A DNA stretch of 64,000 nucleotides from the NCBI RefSeq assembly GCF_001194135.2, contig NC_068994.1, positions 3,156,717-3,220,716 of the forward strand, in the 5' to 3' direction. The position numbers and the translations under genes are program-made. Shown here piece by piece: positions 58,935 to 64,000 of the stretch. How positions within the stretch are numbered: position 1 is the stretch's first letter; each line of letters starts with the position of its first letter. The notes under the pieces were generated by a model. It worked only from the letters and a program-made list of their open reading frames with translations, was not told the DNA's origin and made no database searches. This DNA is from Octopus bimaculoides. Lineage: Eukaryota.

Positions 58935-59110
58935 CCCTTTCATTACTGAATTTCTTTTGAGATGCTCTGTGCTTCTTTCAATTACTTTAAATACAACAAA
59001 GAATTTAGTAAAATAACTTAGTTATCATTCAGCTAGTGTTAGGAACATAAATTGTAACTAAGGTTTGGTGGAAGATTTTAATTCAAAACTTATGAAAACA
59101 AGACATCTGT
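58931..59110. mobile_element. Left part of TTAA-CCCTTT MITE subfamily 1, inserted at a TTAA inside another repeat
   Basis: It starts TTAACCCTTTCATTAC exactly at the TTAA of the host hairpin arm (CTTGT-TTAA). Confidence 0.72.
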
Positions 59111-59311
59111 TTCATAAGGGACAAGAGCTGAAATTGCAAAGATAATTTGGAACTCGACTGAGGAAAGAAAACTTCAAATGACCCATCCATTTTTTCTTCT
59201 CCCTCTTTCATATCATCTGTTTGGATGTTCTGTTGTCCCTTTTTTGTATCATCTAGCTGTCTGGATGTTTTACGTTCTTGTCCCATTTTTTGTATTCCTT
59301 TTTATATATAC

Positions 59312-59347
<36 letters not shown>

Positions 59348-59652
59348 CATATACATACACACCATGCACGCATATATACATACATAAATGCACATATGAA
59401 TGTGTGTGTTTGAACACAAATATAGGATTTCAGTAAGATCTTTTAATCATGTTTTTATACATTTTCTGTCACCAACAAAGACAAAGCATGTCCAGTATTT
59501 TAATGTAATATGTAATTACTAATCATTACAGCCACCATAAACCAATGAAAAAAATCATTATGTAGTCACTCAGCCTGCTAGAAATAACAGCCAAATCTTT
59601 CTCATCTAACACCCAATGGTCTTAAAAACAGAAGAAAGAGGATAATGTAGTG

Positions 59653-59712
<60 letters not shown>

Positions 59713-60123
59713 AAAAGATGGGATGGTCATACCAGGTACATCTTTGGTCATAAGTTCACTAAATAAGAACTGACCTGGGAGAAAACAAACATCATCTTCT
59801 ACTATAATCCCCACCACTAATAACTACAGTTCACACCACTAACTACAACTGCCTCTACTACAACTACAGCCACCAATACCAATTGTTACAATCACCAATA
59901 ACGAAACCAATATAATCACCATTTGTAATCATTATATTCACCAATACTGGTTAATACAGGTATCAATATCTCCTATACACACCAATATTAATTATTATAT
60001 CAAGTAATTATTTTTATAGCCATAATAATAATATTAAATATTACAGCTTCCAATGTCTCTGAAAGAAATGATGTCGCTAAGCAACTGTTATTGCAAATGG
60101 ATTTCTATTTTGTTTCTTTGCAA

Positions 60124-60320
60124 CTGGGTTTTAATGTCTCCCTCTAACCTGTAATAATTGAACCAAACAATAATTTAAATGCTGGGTTAATATTTCTATC
60201 TAACCTGTAATAACTCTAGGTTAATGCTTCTGCTCTAACCTGTAATGACCTCAACAAACAATTTAACCCTTGGGTTAAAGATCTCAAAGCTGTAATAACT
60301 CACCAATGATTTAAATATAG
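60124..60320 (+). repeat. Degenerate minisatellite
   Basis: CTAACCTGTAAT occurs three times (plus a GCTGTAAT variant), each preceded by a (G/A)GGTTAA-like block. Confidence 0.6.
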
Positions 60321-60466
60321 AATACTTGGGTTGATTAAATCAACTGACACCAGTGTCTCAGTGTGTCACAGACCTCTTCTAGCAAGAGGCTACAACAAAG
60401 AATTCTCAAATTTTCTAGTGGTGATTGTGGGCTAAGGATGACTAAAGGTGACTAATGGCCACAATA

Positions 60467-60681
60467 TTCTTTTCTACTCTAAGCACAAGGCCTGAAATTT
60501 GGGGGGGTAGGGCAATCAATAAGATCGACCCCAGTACGCAACTCATACTTAATTTATCGACCCCAAAAGAATGAAAGGCAAAGTCAACCTCAGTGGAATT
60601 TGAACTCAGAATGTAAAGACAGACGAAACACTGCTAAGCATTTCGCCCGGCGTGCTAACCACTCTGCCAGCCTGCCACCTT
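60467..60681 (-). mobile_element. SINE family A, full length, with perfect 15-bp TSD
   Basis: TSD CTAATGGCCACAATA at 60452-66 and 60682-96. Confidence 0.92.
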
Positions 60682-61137
60682 CTAATGGCCACAATACTGC
60701 AGTAAGAACCTCGTACACCCTTCAACATTAGAATGAAAAGATGAAACTATCAGAAATGCAAGTCTGGCAGGGATTCACAGTTCCAAGGAAGTTCTGCCAA
60801 CCAAAACAGAAAACTGAATNNNNNNNNNNNNNNNNNNNNNNNNNNNNNNNNNNNNNNNNNNNNNNNNNNNNNNNNNNNNNNNNNNNNNNNNNNNNNNNNN
60901 NNNNNNNNNNNNNNNNNNNNNNNNNNNNNNNNNNNNNNNNNNNNNNNNNNNNNNNNNNNNNNNNNNNNNNNNNNNNNNNNNNNNNNNNNNNNNNNNNNNN
61001 NNNNNNNNNNNNNNNNNNNNNNNNNNNNNNNNNNNNNNNNNNNNNNNNNNNNNNNNNNNNNNNNNNNNNNNNNNNNNNNNNNNNNNNNNNNNNNNNNNNN
61101 NNNNNNNNNNNNNNNNNNNNNNNNNNNNNNNNNNNNN

Positions 61138-61245
61138 GGGGTCGATAAATTAAGTACCAGTTACGTACTGGGGTCAATGTAATTGACTTAATCCCTTTGT
61201 CTGTCTTTGTTTGTCCCTCTATGTTTAGCCCCTTGTGGGCAATAA
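61138..61245 (+). mobile_element. SINE family A alternative-tail subfamily, 3' half (5' part in the gap)
   Basis: GGGGTCGATAATTAAGTACCAG…TTTAGCCCCTTGTGGGCAATAAA. Confidence 0.8.
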
Positions 61246-61279
61246 AAAAAAATTTTTTTTTAAATTAAAAAAAATAAGA

Positions 61280-61654
61280 AGCTTGCTTCCCAACCACATG
61301 GTTCCAGGTTCAGTCCCACTGCATAGCACCTTGGGCAGGGTGTCTTCTACTATAGCCTCAGGCCGACCAAAGCCTCGTGAGTGGATTTGGTAGATGGAAA
61401 CTGAAAGAAACCTGTCGTATACATATATGTATATGTATGTATGTATGTATTTGTGTCTCTGTTTGTCCCCCCCCCGCCACCATCGCTTGACAACCGATGT
61501 TAGTGTCATTTAACAGTTCATCAAAAAGTGACTGATAGAATAACTACTAGGCTTACAAAGAATAAGTCCTGGAATCAATTTGTTTGACTAAAAGTGGTGC
61601 TCCAGCATGGCCGCAGTGAAAATGGACTAAAACAAGTAAAAGAATAAAAGAATA
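61280..61654 (+). mobile_element. SINE family B, nearly full length
   Basis: Colinear with the reverse complement of 37072-37483. Confidence 0.85.
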
Positions 61655-61679
61655 TAGGCACTGGCACGGCTTATAGATG

Positions 61680-62097
61680 CAGTCATGGCTGTGTGGTTAA
61701 GAAGTTTACTTTCCAAGCACAGAGTTTTGGGGGTTCAATCCCACTGCATAGCACTCTGAGCGAGTGTCCCCTACTACAGTCCTGAACCAACCAATCTTTG
61801 GGAGTAGACTTAACAGAGAGAAACAGAAAAAAGCTTGTCGTGTGTGTTTGTGTTTATGTCTTGTCTTGATGTCACATGGCAGTTGTAAATGAGTGTCACT
61901 GTCGTACAAGCAGTGTTATCCAGTAGAAATATGTCTGATCATGGGGAAAATATTATCTTGTTTGGAAATAAGTGAGGGTTGGTGACAGGAAGGGCATCCA
62001 GAAAATCTGCCTCAATTGACCCCATCCGACCCATGCAAGCATGGAAAAGCGGATGTTAATCAATGATGCCACCGCCGATGATGATGATGATGATGAT
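61680..62097 (+). mobile_element. SINE family B-like head with a different middle and an RTE-type tail ending (GAT)n
   Basis: GGGGTTCAATCCC B box; …GGTTGGTGACAGGAAGGGCATCCAG…CCCATGCAAGCATGGAAAAG…(GAT)n. Confidence 0.78.
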
Positions 62098-62812
62098 AAA
62101 CATGTATTAAGTCTCCCTGCAAAAATATAATCAATAGCTAAAGGTGAGGAATTGGCCAATAATTGTTCCATTTTTCTTGAAACCCATCAAGGTTGCTTCT
62201 CTCATCTCCCAATTACCAAAGTTACAAAGGACATACACACACACACATACATACAAACACATGCACACACACACACACACACACACACTTATGCGTGATT
62301 CCTTGACTGTTGCTGTTGTAATGATGTCAATGAATCCAGAGGAGCTGGAATGAAAATGAGATGACAGATGAGAGATGGGAGATAAAGATGAAAAGAGAGG
62401 ATACACAGTGAGATAAAGAGACGAGAGATGTGGTGCTACACCCTGTAGCAGTTCTCCATCTGTCTAGGACATCCGACAATGAAGACATAATCACTGGCAA
62501 CATGGCTTCTCCACTACAACTCCCACCCACCACCCTTTCCTTCCTTCCTCATTGATGCTAGGGAATCGATAGACAAACTGCTGCCACCGCTGCCACCGCT
62601 GCTGCTGCTGCTGCTGCTGCCTCTCTACACTTTAACATATTTCAAATTTAAATACACACACACACGCACACAGCATACACTCACTGCACACACTACATAT
62701 TACACACACTATATATACATAAACAAATACACANNNNNNNNNNATAAACAAATACACACACACACACACACACACACACATAAATCTAGCATTTGCATCA
62801 ACATGCATGCAT

Positions 62813-62858
<46 letters not shown>

Positions 62859-63340
62859 ACACAATCGAAAAATATTGCCAAACACACACACACACACACA
62901 CTGAAAACAATCAAACATGTAAACACTCACACAAACACAACACACAGCCAAGAATAACTTTTGCAACATACACATACAAGTACTCACACACACACACACA
63001 CACACAACAACAAAAAAAAGAGAGACAACTCCTTTCTGTGGCACATGGAAAGCGGAGGGGAGGGGGCATAAAAGTTGCTTGATCAGAGTTCAAGATGTAA
63101 TTACTGGTATTTGTTTAATTAATCAACCAGGTGAGATGAATGAGTGAAGTGAACTCTGGATGGATTCAAACTCACAATAATTGAGAACTCAGACCAAAGG
63201 ACTGAGAAAAATCTAGTCTGGTGCCATGGTGACAGCAAATAATTGGATGGAGTTGGAATATATTTCAGTAAATTTATGTCTATGTTGGTTATGTATATGG
63301 GAGAGCTATGACTGTTGAACACCACCATGGGACACCGTCA

Positions 63341-63937
63341 TCAAACACTATCTCTGGCATGGGTGGACTGTTTGACTGGGGACTGGCAAGCTAGGAAGCC
63401 ACACCAGGCTCCAATCTGATCTGGCAAGGTTTCTACAGCTGGATGCCCTTCCTAACCCCAACCACTCCAAGAGTGTAGTGGGTACTTTTTACATGCCAGC
63501 AGCATGGGGAGCCAGTCAGGCAACACTGGTATCGGCCATGTTTGGATGGTGCTATTTACGTGCTACTGGCATAGGGGCCAGTTGGGACAGGTGGGGCTGG
63601 CATCGACTACATTCGGATGGTGCTTTTTACGTGCCACCAGCATGGGGAGCCAGTCAGGCAGCACTGGCAATGACCCACGCATGCATGGTGCTTATTGTGT
63701 GCCACCAGCACGGGAGCCAGTCAGGTGGCACTGGCATCAGCCACAACTACAAATTTCCATTTGATTTTGATTTGATTTGATTTTGATTTTGATTTTAATT
63801 TTACTTCACTCAATAGGTCGTCTCCTCAAGCATGGAATGTTGCCCAACAATTCAAAGGTACTTTTTAAATGGACTGGTTATGCGACACTGGTGTAGGCTA
63901 TGGCTGTGATCTCACTTTACTTGCCGGGTCTTCTCAA
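63341..63937 (-). mobile_element. Same RTE family, 3' end only
   Basis: The minus strand reads EKTRQVK*, then a UTR, (AAATC)n, 4-5 tandem ~65-nt units and the conserved tail. Confidence 0.85.
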
Positions 63938-64000
63938 TCAATGTCTACTAATCCCTTTATTGTATTCTCTCTCTCTTTTTTTTATCTTTTACTGCCATTG

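Noticed and set aside
62415-62470. Similarity to 23850-23900 (GAGAGATGTGGT…TCTCCAT…AGG)
   Set aside because: There are only short matches next to GA repeats, not enough to claim homology.

Overview
AT-rich, microsatellite-dense animal genomic DNA with ten N gaps. The repeat families, (TA)n-bounded gaps and clustered C2H2 genes fit a coleoid cephalopod best, most likely an Octopus assembly (inference, not verified). The window holds four C2H2 zinc-finger genes with no KRAB, BTB or SCAN domain that I can recognise. ZNF-A is on the minus strand with 2 coding exons, 512 aa, and 7 intact plus 1 broken finger. ZNF-B is on the minus strand with 17 fingers. ZNF-C is on the plus strand with 2 intact plus 1 incomplete finger. 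ZNF-D is on the minus strand with 11 fingers and long homopolymer tracts. The rest is mainly tRNA-derived SINEs, RTE-type LINE 3' ends, mariner relics and MITEs. The most notable signals beyond this annotation are: (1) eight minimal type-I hammerhead-ribozyme-like motifs from at least four sequence families, one of them downstream of a tRNA-like Pol III head, and all apparently decayed; (2) correctly spaced fossil zinc fingers at the N-termini of three ZNF genes; (3) a retroelement-like 3' end encoding two C2H2 fingers, split by a 5' inversion with a 23-bp duplication; (4) a mariner derivative built from two inverted 5' ends. All calls were made by eye with no database searches. Repeat boundaries are approximate unless a TSD or TIR is quoted.
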